From Trichoplax sp. H2 (lineage: Eukaryota): DNA of 64,000 nucleotides. The notes under the pieces were generated by a model. It was not told where the DNA came from. It saw only the letters and a list, made by a program, of their open reading frames with translations, and did no database searches. The DNA is taken from positions 62,001-126,000 of the forward strand of contig NOWV01000206.1 in assembly GCA_003344405.1 (NCBI GenBank). Reading direction: 5' to 3'. The translations under genes were made by a program, and so were the position numbers. Numbering within the stretch: the first letter of the stretch is position 1; the number at the start of each line of letters is the position of its first letter. Positions 38,389 to 50,512 of this stretch are shown piece by piece.

Positions 38389-39426
38389 ATGGCGGTAGAT
38401 GATAATAAAGTTATTGGCATTTTCAATATCATCGTAATAGTTGTATCAATTCCTTCCAATGCCTTAATTTTACTGACAATGACACTGAACAAGAAATTGC
38501 GATCTCCTACCAATCTGTTGGTAGGAAATTTATCTATTGCTAGCTTAGCTATTGCAATATTTCGTATGCCAGTTAAAACCTACGAATTATTCCACCCAAA
38601 ACAAGGTTTCCCATTTGGGAATTCGATTGGTATGTGCCGATTCCAACAAATTCTGCCATCTGCAAGTGTTTTTTGTATATCTTTAACTCTAACGACAATC
38701 TGCGTTGATCGTTATATTGCAATCATGCATCCAATGAAACAACACCTAAAGTTGAGCTTGAGAAAAGTCTATATCTTTATACCATGCAGCTGGATAGTAT
38801 CATTTGCTTGCTTCGGGGTGTACGCTAGCTACATGGCCACAATTGAAGTAGGACCAGCAGTTTACTGCCTTCCAATTTATCCTCCAGGACCTGCAGATAT
38901 TTTCGTACGTAATGCCACCGGATATGTTATGGCTACCTACCGAGGAACAAAAGTTTCATTGTGGGCTTGCTTCATCATTTTTGCTTTTCTTATACCATCA
39001 GCTGTAATGACAGTTTTGTATTCTATAACAGCAAGATTCTTATGGTCAAGAACTGGTCCTGGAGATAAAATTACGACTGTAAGAGTTTCAGAAACTCGTC
39101 GACGCCTACAGCAAAAGCGTCGAGTAGTTGGAATATTAATCGCTTGTTGTGTTATTTTTATTGGTGTTAATTTACCATACTATTTCTTATTTATGCTACT
39201 GGACTTAGGTCAAATAGTAATTCCAAACGTCGGATTTGTAGTTAACCTATTAATATTGATCAATTTATCGTGCATTGTGTATAATCCAGTCATTTACGGG
39301 TTCTTTAATCCAAGTATCCGAATTTCAATAGCGAATCTATTGCGTAGAGTGGTAGGAATAGAGCCTCAACGTATGCGTGCTACGACAGCGACGTCTGTCG
39401 TTAATGGACCTTCATCGTATAAATAA
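38389..39426 (+). CDS. Intronless class A GPCR; array member 3 (345 aa)
   Basis: IPSN, CRFQQILP, CVDRY, FLIP, NLPYY, YNPVIYGFFN. Confidence 0.94.
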   Translation: MAVDDNKVIGIFNIIVIVVSIPSNALILLTMTLNKKLRSPTNLLVGNLSIASLAIAIFRMPVKTYELFHPKQGFPFGNSIGMCRFQQILPSASVFCISLTLTTICVDRYIAIMHPMKQHLKLSLRKVYIFIPCSWIVSFACFGVYASYMATIEVGPAVYCLPIYPPGPADIFVRNATGYVMATYRGTKVSLWACFIIFAFLIPSAVMTVLYSITARFLWSRTGPGDKITTVRVSETRRRLQQKRRVVGILIACCVIFIGVNLPYYFLFMLLDLGQIVIPNVGFVVNLLILINLSCIVYNPVIYGFFNPSIRISIANLLRRVVGIEPQRMRATTATSVVNGPSSYK

Positions 39427-42400
39427 TTAATAACCCGATGTAAGTAAAACGTAACCGAAAATATCCTGCTGTGTCTTTGCTTGTAATGTTATTTATCATT
39501 AATTGCTATGCAATTCTTTAAAAGTTTCTGGTTTTATTTCTATATTTACTAGAGCTTAAGAGCTAATCGATATCTAATGTAATTTATTGAGTACCCACTT
39601 CATCAATGCTCCAATCAGTTCTTACACCCTAGTTTAACATATTTAATCGATTACTTAATTTACATCATTACTTTTATAATGGTCATCAACATATATTAGG
39701 CAACGATATTTTGGGTTATTAAGATTAAAAGTAAATTGATTCCGTGTGCATTCGTTAGCTAAACGTCTAGTAGACCTTTAACATGGATCGTAATTAAGAC
39801 TGCATTTAAAGAAACTGCAATAGCTCAAAGCAATTCGACAGCGTAGCATAGCGCATATGGAATATGTTGATACGTGTATATCAACGGTAGAAATAGGAAT
39901 TAATTTTCAGGTGAATTCGTTAGTTAATCGCTTAGTACAATTTTTTTAGATAGGCCATCATTAATGGTACAGTTATAAAAATTCCAGTCACTGGAAGCAA
40001 ATTCGATAGCACAGTATGGCACGCGTTGACTATGCTAATACGTGTAATTCAACTATAGCAACAAGAAATAAATTTTATTTCGAAAACTACGATTTATGCA
40101 TAAACTTTTGATTTCCTAAGTATAAAATCTACTATACGGTACTTCTCCATGCCTATTTGTACCGATTTTAATTTACTATCTTAGGTGTCCGTAAGACTTA
40201 TTCTTCTAATAGTTTGGGATTGTTAAATGCATCATTCTATAGCTATATCTTAGGATGAATCAATAATTTTCTATCTTGCAAAAGAATAATAATATTAAAA
40301 TTTTCTTTCCAAGTTGGCAAAGCAAATCTATATCAGTAGATCATACAAATAGATGATTTTTAAGTTATCCAACAAATGCTTTAATTAAGAAGTTTGAAGT
40401 ATACTAAATATTAATAAAGTGAAACTTAAAATATGAATCAAACGATGCCCATAGTCTGCTTTATCATAACTTTACAGTACTTTATTCCGGAATGTAAAAT
40501 ACTATGTTTTCCTATAGGCTTTTTATCTTTGCAGTTGAGTTGTTAAAAGCTTAAATCTTGCCTGAGTGCAAATTAATGGTAATAATGACCAAGGATCTAC
40601 AGTAAATGATTCTTAGTAATTCCAATGCAATACTAGATTTAAACGATAAACTACTAAAACAAGAATAATGTATTGTGAACAACTAAAAAATTTCTTTCCA
40701 CCACAATGTTATATTTAAACAATACCGGTATTTAACATATAAGCGAGTGAAATAGCGTAGTATTCACACACTGTTGTCTCAACTATTCAATGGTCTAAGT
40801 TCTTACTCCGAAATAATTGCATTATTCACATATATTATAATCAAGATATCTTGTTTATTTCAGAAATACAGCTGAAAATCGATATCCTGATAGCTAAAAT
40901 GAGGCGATAGCAAGAATGAAATAAACAGGATCAAAATTCTTAGCTATCATCTCTGAAATAATGTTCCGGACAAGATTTAAATATCAGTAGGAATAAGGAT
41001 ATCATTCCATTTCTAACTGGGAGATTTCCGTCTCTTTGTCACAAAGACACTTCAAAAAATTGCAACACACTGTGCAAATCTAGACTACTGGATTACGTCT
41101 TCGCTTAAATTTGGATACTATCCATGTTTTCAGTAAATTTAATTTACCACTGAGGAACCAATGAATTACACAATTTCGACTATTTCCCGATATTTTTGAT
41201 TAAATTTTTATTAACTAATTTCTTGTAATTTTTTTTTCCTGTGCTTATAGCACGCAATGATATGATGTTTATTAAACCACAACCGGTATAACACTATCCT
41301 TAATTCTGATTTCTTCGAAAGATATTTTATTTAAGGTAGATAGTGCAAGCAAGTTACTGCTCAAATTCTTAAGTAGTAATAAAAATTTCTTTAGCTTTAC
41401 TTTCTCTCAAGAATAGAACTTTCATTTTTCAAGCTAAATATCTTAAATATTGCTTTGTATTTCCTGCAAATGTTAAGATTGCTTGGAGATTATCAGTAAT
41501 ACTATATGTTACCATTTTAAATTGAGGTTGTTATCAATCTTGAACATGCACTGTTACCCTTTCATTTCACTAGATATTTAACGCTGTGCAAGACTAGTGT
41601 ATCATTGCATAATTCTTATCATACAAAGCTAATGTAACATTATTTCAAGTCAAAAGAATCATGAATCATAAATAAACTACATTCTACTTTAACATCAATC
41701 ACAAGCTTTACTTAATAGTTCATATTTTAATTTACATACTCTATCTTATACTGTACATAAAATGAGATATCAATTCATTAAAATCGGGAAGATTTTAAGC
41801 GTTTAATAAAGAAATGATAATATGATGTACGAATAAGATGCCTCTTTTTAAGTACACTAAAGCTGCAGACTACCCTATCTAGTATGGTAAAATTATATTT
41901 ACCTTCCTCACCCTAGCTGATTTCCAGTGCTAAGGCGTATACTTCAGATCTATTTGATTCCAAAAATATCAACTTGCGATAATAACATTATGATAGAATT
42001 AAGCGATGATAAGGATGCAATCTCAGTTAAAGGATGGATGAAAGCTACGTATTACGGCACTAAAGTATTTCATGGCTATTGAAATAAGATCTGACTAGTC
42101 TCCATAGTCTGTATTAAAATTGAAACTAAAGGCAAAATAATTTATAATGTAGTACATAACGGTTGCTCCTATACATTAGCCGATTATATTTATACAAATA
42201 GATTTTATTAATGGGTTATGGTCGTCTGCATTCTATTTATATAAATTTTATGCTGCTAATTGTATAGAAAGTTCAACACCTGCATCGAGCATAATATTAG
42301 ACTACTTTTCATATCCCACAGGATTTGATCATAAGCATGCGCTCTAGCAGAATAGTCATTTTTTAATTAGAACCTTGACCTTAGCACAATCCGTTATAAA

Positions 42401-45400
42401 GTTATCTATTTATAAGTAATTAATACAGCTGAAGAATTAATTAGAAATCAAGACGAATGGAAGAAGCTTTTCACATCTGTAAGAAACCATCCTTGGTATA
42501 TGTTGCTTGCGACTAATTTTAATTAATGAATTCGTTATTAATTTTATTAAAATTTCATTACATTACTGCTGAAATACAATTTTTAGGGATGTATAATTAT
42601 TGAGATAGAAATACTTTAACACAAAGGTAAATGTACTTTTGTTATAAAAAACAATCTATTCTAAAGTATGGACTGGTTACGTAAGGTAAAGTCTAATGTT
42701 AATAAATAGTACGGTATCAAAAACATATTAAGATAGCGCTGGTGAAAAGAAAACGAATTTGTTAAAAAAAATTAATTCTCAGTTTAATCACTGTAGATTA
42801 AAAATTACAGCATGGATTACTGTACACTACCCTAGCAACAGTTAGCAGCTGCGTAAGATATTTCAATTAGGGGCATATGTTGTCGTTTTCCTACAGATGA
42901 TAACCTATCTGTGGCTACCTTACCTTTTTCTAAAAGTATGCGAAAAGTACAGTAATAATCTGATTACAAGTCATACTGCATCCTGGGATATTGATAAAAT
43001 GATTCATTACTAGAGTCTGAAGTTTGGAAAAGAAACCAACAATACTGTATAGGATTAAGATCATCTTACGTCTGAAACACACCAAAAATCTCAAAATTGA
43101 CATAGAGTATTCTAATCATACGAACTATGCGGTAGACTGACGACTGTAATGACGTAAACGGAAGTCAAGGAAAGAAATTATATTAAAGGATACCATTCAA
43201 TTAGGATTACAGTATAGCCTGTCTGCTATGAGTGCTGATTTAGGCGATCAATGACGTAGTAAGAAGATTATATTAATTAAGCGAGTAAAATGATGTAAAA
43301 TGAACATGTTATTAGTAGTAGAAATCAGTAATAATGCTGAGTTAAATATTCAATTTCATAGAAAGTTTATAGCACTTTTGGAATTGAAATAGGGCTCAAC
43401 GCATATATATCGAATAATAATGACCATAGACATTTTAATTTCCGTATAAGATAGAAAAATAAAATTGAAATACAAGTGAATAGTAATGCAATAACTATAT
43501 TATTTTTTGTGTTCTATAAAAGAGGTAAATAAAATTTCTTTAGTAATTAATGTATGAGTGCCATCTTATCATGCATTCTTTTGGATTAAATAAGATGAAA
43601 GGGCTACTTCAGTAATTGTCTACTAACTATAAAGTAAATCATTATCATATATATTTCAATAGAAGAGATAACTGAAATTCGAGTTATTCTTGTAATTGGC
43701 AGCAATTACAAGTAATTCCAATCGCATCAGTGAGATAAACTACAAAATAAATTATGCTAAGGATTACCAAAACATTTTCTACCTTTCTTATTCCTTTGCA
43801 TGGTGTAAATTATAGATTAAATTTTGTGTTAAAATATGAAACAATAAAATTTATACAGACTGTGGTTTTAATTGCAATATATGATTACCCTTGAAGCTTA
43901 ATACTCTTTCAAGGCTTCATAATTTAAAAAATTAATAAATCTTCATTATGATAACGTTTGTATTATCATGACTAAAGAAAGCAATTAGGAAGAAGGTTAT
44001 ATTAAATACAATATTAGTGGACAATGATAATATGTAATTTATGATTTACATACAGTAGTACTTATTGCAACTCCTATTTCTAATTTCCTTCAAGTCGAGA
44101 TCGGATCTTAGACAAATAGAAATCATTTCCATATTATGCAAGAGAAAAATTTAAAAAGCGACCAAAAAGAGTAAACGATTATATTTTCATAACTTGATGC
44201 CCTTGGATTTTCGTCCAATTATTTGCCCATAGCGATCATGCTATCCTGTACTGTTAGTTTGTAATAAAACACCAAGTCGATTGCTTATTCAGCAATCAAT
44301 TTTTCAATAGGGAATTTACTTAACGCATTCTTAAAATCTTATTTAGTGAAGACCTTCCTTGATGAAACCGGTAGGCAGGCAAGAAGTTCTTTTTGACCGT
44401 AATTACCGAGTGCAATAGATAGATAACATTATCACAGTAAATTTAGTGAATTATTTATTTATCAAGGTTACTCTCTTGCCTCTAAGGTGCTCTTACTTAA
44501 AATTTAGTGATGAAAATGATTACTAACTATCCTAAGTCTGGTAAACTTGACTTCATTTTCATTTAATTCCCACAATAAATAATTCTTACATTACCATTGA
44601 AAATATTTTAGGAAATTAAAATTACATTCTAGCAATTAGAAACTTGATCAAGCACCTGATATTAAAGTAATAATTATTTAATGAGTTCATTTGCTTCTGA
44701 AATCATTCAAAAATTAGCTGATGGAATTTCTACTTCCGTTACTTTTAGTGATTCTAACTGTTTTCTATCAATGAAATATTGAATGATTTCCGTTACAATT
44801 TTAACCTTACTATAACATCCTATTATGATAGAATTGTTAAGTTAAACTCAGTTATTAATTATGTTATATCCATTTACGTAAATCTCATCTTGTTAGCCTC
44901 TCTAGTCTATTATTTTACGTAATCCCTGTCGATTTACCCCAAATAGACTTTACAAAATCATTCAACAGACATAAGAAATATTGGCGAATATATAGAAATA
45001 GTTCTTTAATACTTCAGCTATCATGTGTATGACGAAATCCAGGACATTAGAATAAATTAAGATTTGAATATCAGTGAAAGAGAGTCAGAATTGACGCCAC
45101 ATGCGACTTTTTGTAGAATAACATGAATCTACAGGGATACATATTATTGAATAAGGCATTCCTTCTGTTGTAACCATTGTTACCTCCTAAACAATATATA
45201 GTCATTACTGAATACTATCCACTTTCAATGTAATCAACAAACTAGCGTGATAAATAACATTCGTCTTTTGTACTACAATCTAGTCATCATTCAATTATAC
45301 GAATATGTCATTAAAATTGGACAATAGTGGCAATATTTCAATTAAACAATAGTTTTCTTAAGAATAAGACCATGTGGGTAACTTCGTTGTGTATCGCCTC

Positions 45401-45685
45401 AGGTAACTGAAGTTGTTTATTTGTCAATTTAAAAGTACTAATATATACTAAGATTAACACCCAGATATCATCAGTTTATGATTTATAATTTTCATTGGCA
45501 ATCATTTTAGGGTTAGTTAACCAAGAAAGCTTACATGATTTAGACATTAATATACTTCATCACTTAATCATTTTACTTCATTGAAATCCATTTCAAGGAC
45601 AAGACTACAAATCAAGGATATTTTACTCTATGCTTATCATTATATTAGTAGGTATACATTACTAACTAACTATTCAAATTCATAG

Positions 45686-45709
45686 ATATATGTATATATA
45701 TATATATAT
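45686..45709. repeat. Short imperfect (TA)n microsatellite
   Basis: atatatgtatatatatatatatat, about 140-165 nt upstream of GPCR 4. Confidence 0.7.
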
Positions 45710-45850
45710 GAACACATACATAGGAAGATATTGATTTAAGCTATCGAATAACTACGAGCAAATAAAAGAAATAGACAAGTAGAATCACAGCTAAGGAAAA
45801 GACTGAAAGTTAATTTATTGCCACTTAACCGAATTTTGATAATTGTCGAT

Positions 45851-47137
45851 ATGGCTGACCAATTAACTATTAACGCTTTCTTGATCATCGCTGTCTTTTA
45901 TATCATCATGATGGCCGTCTCGATTCCAGCCAACTTATTAATTATTATTGCTACTATCACCGATAAAAAATTACGATCGCCAACCAACATGCTGGTATGC
46001 AATTTATCAGTAGCTAGTTTAATTATTGCTACTTTACGTATCCCTGTTAAGCTATACGAATTATTGAACCCGGATGCGAGCTTTCTCTTTCCTAACTCAA
46101 CAGCTATGTGCCAGTTTCAACAAATTTTACCAGCTTCTTGCGTATTATGTATTTCGATAACTTTAACTACAATTTGCGTTGATCGTTTCATGGCAATTAT
46201 GTATCCAATGAAACAACACTTAAAAATGACTCTAATTAGGTTATATATCTTTTTACCTTGTAGTTGGATCGTTGCTTTTGCTTGTTTTATTGCTTATGCT
46301 TCTTATGCAACACTGTTTCCTTATAAAGGCAATATTTATTGCGTACCAGTGTATCCAAAAGGTCAAAACGATATTATTATACATGAAACTACCGCCAACG
46401 AAACATATCCTCGAACGATTGAAGCAACCAAGATAGCGATATGGAGTTTATTTATACCTTTTGCTTTTCTAATCCCCTCAATTATCATGAGCACACTCTA
46501 TATCCGTCTTGTGTTACATCTATGGTCTGGTAAAGGTCCAAGCGATGAAACACATACTATTGCACTAAGGGATCAAATTAAAAGGCTTAAACAAAAACGG
46601 CGCGTGATTAAAATCTTAATAGCATGCTGCACCGTTTTTATCGCCACCAATTTACCATACTATATCATCATAATGCTTTTAGATATGGGATTTATAACAG
46701 TTGCCAATACTAGTATTGTAGTTAATACGCTAATTATGGTTAATTTATCTGCAATTGCCTATAATCCCATCATTTATGGCTATTTTAACAAAAGTTTTCG
46801 CTACCGCGTCGATGCTATGATACGCAATATGGTTGGCCTGACGCCTCGACGTCGTCGAACTTTCACGGTTAGTTCCAATACAGCTACCTCACAAGCGCCT
46901 AATAACTCTCAACGCTATAGTCCAAGACAACCGGGCAAAACTAACCCGAAAGAAACCTATCTAAAAACTACACCTAGAGAGCCTGCTAAATCATGTATTA
47001 GAGAAAATACCAAGCCTAAAGTAACCGAATCAGTTAAAAATACTGAAAGAGCATCCATTGAGACCACTTTAACAGAATCTGTTTATTCTTATTCTATTGA
47101 ATCATTCAGACATTCCAAATATTCTTCGGATGTTTAA
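45851..47137 (+). CDS. Intronless class A GPCR with long Ser/Thr-rich C-tail; array member 4
   Basis: The ORF track starts at a TTG (45818); the first ATG is 45851 (MADQLT). Motifs IPAN, CQFQQILP, CVDRF, FLIP, NLPYY, YNPIIYGYFN. Confidence 0.94.
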   Translation: MADQLTINAFLIIAVFYIIMMAVSIPANLLIIIATITDKKLRSPTNMLVCNLSVASLIIATLRIPVKLYELLNPDASFLFPNSTAMCQFQQILPASCVLCISITLTTICVDRFMAIMYPMKQHLKMTLIRLYIFLPCSWIVAFACFIAYASYATLFPYKGNIYCVPVYPKGQNDIIIHETTANETYPRTIEATKIAIWSLFIPFAFLIPSIIMSTLYIRLVLHLWSGKGPSDETHTIALRDQIKRLKQKRRVIKILIACCTVFIATNLPYYIIIMLLDMGFITVANTSIVVNTLIMVNLSAIAYNPIIYGYFNKSFRYRVDAMIRNMVGLTPRRRRTFTVSSNTATSQAPNNSQRYSPRQPGKTNPKETYLKTTPREPAKSCIRENTKPKVTESVKNTERASIETTLTESVYSYSIESFRHSKYSSDV

Positions 47138-49084
47138 CAATACGTTAGTAATGATTCATCAAGTAAAGTTTAATGCGAGTTAAATTTCGAACTAGACTTC
47201 CGTCTAACAAGACTCTACATATCAATCAATATCATCTTGAATCAAAACTAATATTGCTCTTTTGAATTAGATTACTTTTTCGCGATCTTGCGACCATAAT
47301 GTGTACTCATTGCTCACATTTTATCACATTTATTACAGAAAGTCATTTTTGGATGTAACAACATATTTTAACAATGATATATAGGCATATGCATAAGTAT
47401 AAATTTTAATCTTGCAAAGCAACATCGAAGATTGAGCAATCCATTTAGATTTGACACAATGAATAACACATAGTATCGTGTTTATACTTGCGAATCATAT
47501 AAAATCTATATTTTTATATCTCTGATGCTTTATATATTAATAGATTATTCTATAGTATCACAAACTGAAACAGTATCGTCTAATTTGAAATTGTTTTTCT
47601 GTGCTTTGCATTCATTGACGCATGATAACACCTTATTCAACTAAAAACGATGGATGTATATTGTCAAATTCAAGTTATACCCATTACCACATCAGGGCAT
47701 ATAATTTTTCAACAATAAATTAAAAATTATGTTACCATTACTAAGCTTTATACTATATAATTTTATAATAGATGTATTAACTATGGTATATCTCAAGTTT
47801 CATACTCGACGTTACGAAAGTCGAGTAGATATATTATGTACAATCTGTGCCATTACTAAATTAATTTTGTAAACTTGTCTACCAATACAACATTGACATG
47901 GTGATTAGTTTAATTAATAATGGAGACCTTAATCCTTTATTATCAATAATAAAATACTATCATAAACCGAATACTATCGAGATCACAATTTTTTTGCGTT
48001 ATAGGAATTCATCAGTATCGTTATAGCTTTGACGATGGTAATCATTAATTGTAAGAAAACATTTAGGAAAAGTAATGATAATGTAATTATTAAAAAAATC
48101 ACAAATTACACTTCTATGATTGAAATTACTCTTCGTAGTTTGCATGCAATTAGAAGCATTTTGTTGGAAGTCTTCCATACTCTATCTAATTGCTATTTAA
48201 AAAATATAATTTACGACGTCATATGCTGTGATGAAGACTATTTCTTAAAAACAAGCATGAACTTTAGAGCAAACTATTTACTTGTTGGCTATCATGTAAT
48301 ATTTTTAATAATTATAGTAATTCAATAAATTAACATCACAATAGCGCATTAGTGATATTGTCTAACTTCTTTTAGTATCAATAAGCTTAAATTCTGCCTT
48401 CAATTATATCCTATTCTACGCACTGTGAACAGTCGTATTTTAACTATAACTTCATTAATATTATTGACATTTCATTAAATACTAAGTACTTTGACGTAAT
48501 GAATTTTCATATAAACAAATTATTAGTAAACACATTCATCCAACACTGATCATAACGATAAACACTTTCTCGTAAATAATTAAATGTACATTGTAAAATA
48601 CTTCTGGATCTTGTTATTGGTATAAGATCGCATTTATAAGGAACAAAGAGCTTGTTTACGACAGTAATTTCAAAATAAGATAAAAATTATGTTATTTCAA
48701 TTTATCGAAACTAGTTCAGTGAAGGTTATAACTAAAAGGACGATGCCTCTGCTTGTAGTTATCGTATAAAATCAAGATATACTCATGTTCACTGCTAGTG
48801 TAGAATTGATACTAACTTAATTACTTATAAATTCATTAAAATAATATTAATAATCGAAAGTCACCCTTGGTAAATGCGATCATATTCTTGACACTGTCTT
48901 TGCGAATCAAAGTTCAATTTTTAAATACTGAAAGATTTTTTTATTTGTAACATTTACCATAGTGGCCCTAATTTAATTACCAAAATTTTAGATATCTTTA
49001 GTATTTACTCAGTAAGAGCCAAAAATTTAATTAAAGTATTTAAGTTGTACTCCAATTTTTTTATTGGGTGCGTCATGTAGTATT

Positions 49085-49134
49085 AAAAGTTTCCTGTACT
49101 CAATGATTATTAGCATTGAGTACAGGAAACTTTT
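49085..49134. repeat. Perfect 21-bp inverted repeat with an 8-nt loop (hairpin)
   Basis: aaaagtttcctgtactcaatg-attattag-cattgagtacaggaaactttt; it extends outward (gtatt/aatac) with a one-base bulge. Confidence 0.95.
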
Positions 49135-50363
49135 GAATACATTTATGAACATTATAGACTTCGCATCAATCGGATAAGTACTAATAATATACTAGGCGTT
49201 TTTTATAGACAAATTGCAATAATATGCGGTTACTTGTGGGTGCATTATTCACCTGTAATATAGTTATGCCTCTAGTGACATCAATTTGCATGTGAATTTT
49301 GATGTCATTTAAGCGTTCCAAACAATTATCCTGTAAATGTGCAATAACCTTAATCTTTATGTACAAAAGATGTTCTAAAAATGTCTATCAGGATTTAATT
49401 TAATAACTCTTACAGTAAATTTTCAATTATAGAGCATTGAAGTTGTAATAAAATTACTATCGAAGTGAAATCACTGACAAATGCTTCCTTTCGCATCTAT
49501 TAAATCTCAAAATAGTTAGAAAAATTAATTGATATTCAAACTGATAATTAATCCTTTCAATGAATTGATCGAAATTTGTTCAGTTGTTAAAATAATCTCA
49601 GCAAGATCTTCCACCTTTTATCTACCTTTCTAATAACGCAATTATCATCAAAAGAAAATTCATAGCTGATATTGTAAACATAAATTTTATTATAATTTCT
49701 AAAATCAGTAGTAGTAGCTATCAAAGATTTTAGTTTTAGATATAGATTGCATAGTATCGTAAATATGGAGTGTTCATATTACTTAAATCATTGTAATCTG
49801 TCTTAAGCTCAGCTTGATACGCTTTTTATTAAAAGAATTCTGTTTGACAATTAATTTTTTTTAATTTTTAATGAACTGAAATCTGGAAAGATAGTAAAAT
49901 AATTTAAATGTACTTATTATGTACAGTATCAGGTAAATGTCTTTTATAGAGCACCTCCGCGTGTACTTGCATAAATTTTAGCCGGCAAAGTGATATATGA
50001 GTACTGACAAGTGTTGGCATATTACGAATGTTTCGAAACTTGCACAGGACAAAAAACACAAATCCTCCATCCATTGTATTAATTATTACACAACTGCGTG
50101 TGTCGAAGTAGAAATTATTAATTTAAGTATTAATGATAACTGTAGGCAATAAAAATATTTTAGTTTAACAATGTATGAGTTACTAGATACTATATTAGTT
50201 TCAGTTAATTCATCTTATTCATAATTTGATAGAAATCTCAAGTAAATCATGCAACAGGCAAGACGAAAGGAAAAGCGTTCGGGTAATAAACTTATCAATT
50301 TGTTATTGCGACTTAATGGGCAAGATAAGATTTGTTACAGTAAAAGCATTCTGTAACTAATCG

Positions 50364-50512
50364 TATATAAATCGTGAATTTTGCTGTAATAAGTAGATTG
50401 TCAGATAGTCAGATAGTCCTTGGTAGTTAGACGAACCTAACTTCTGTAATAAAGTGAAATTTGCAAGAAACTGTAGTTCTTGATTTATTGTTTTGAAGAT
50501 CACTTTATCACA
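50364..50512. repeat. 149-bp element, inverted copy of 35079..35227
   Basis: tatataaatcgtgaattttgc...gaagatcactttatcaca; see the feature at 35079. Confidence 0.95.

Noticed and set aside
48029..48328. 99-aa ORF and the other 60-90 aa spacer ORFs
   Set aside because: They have non-ATG starts or AT-driven composition and no recognisable domains.
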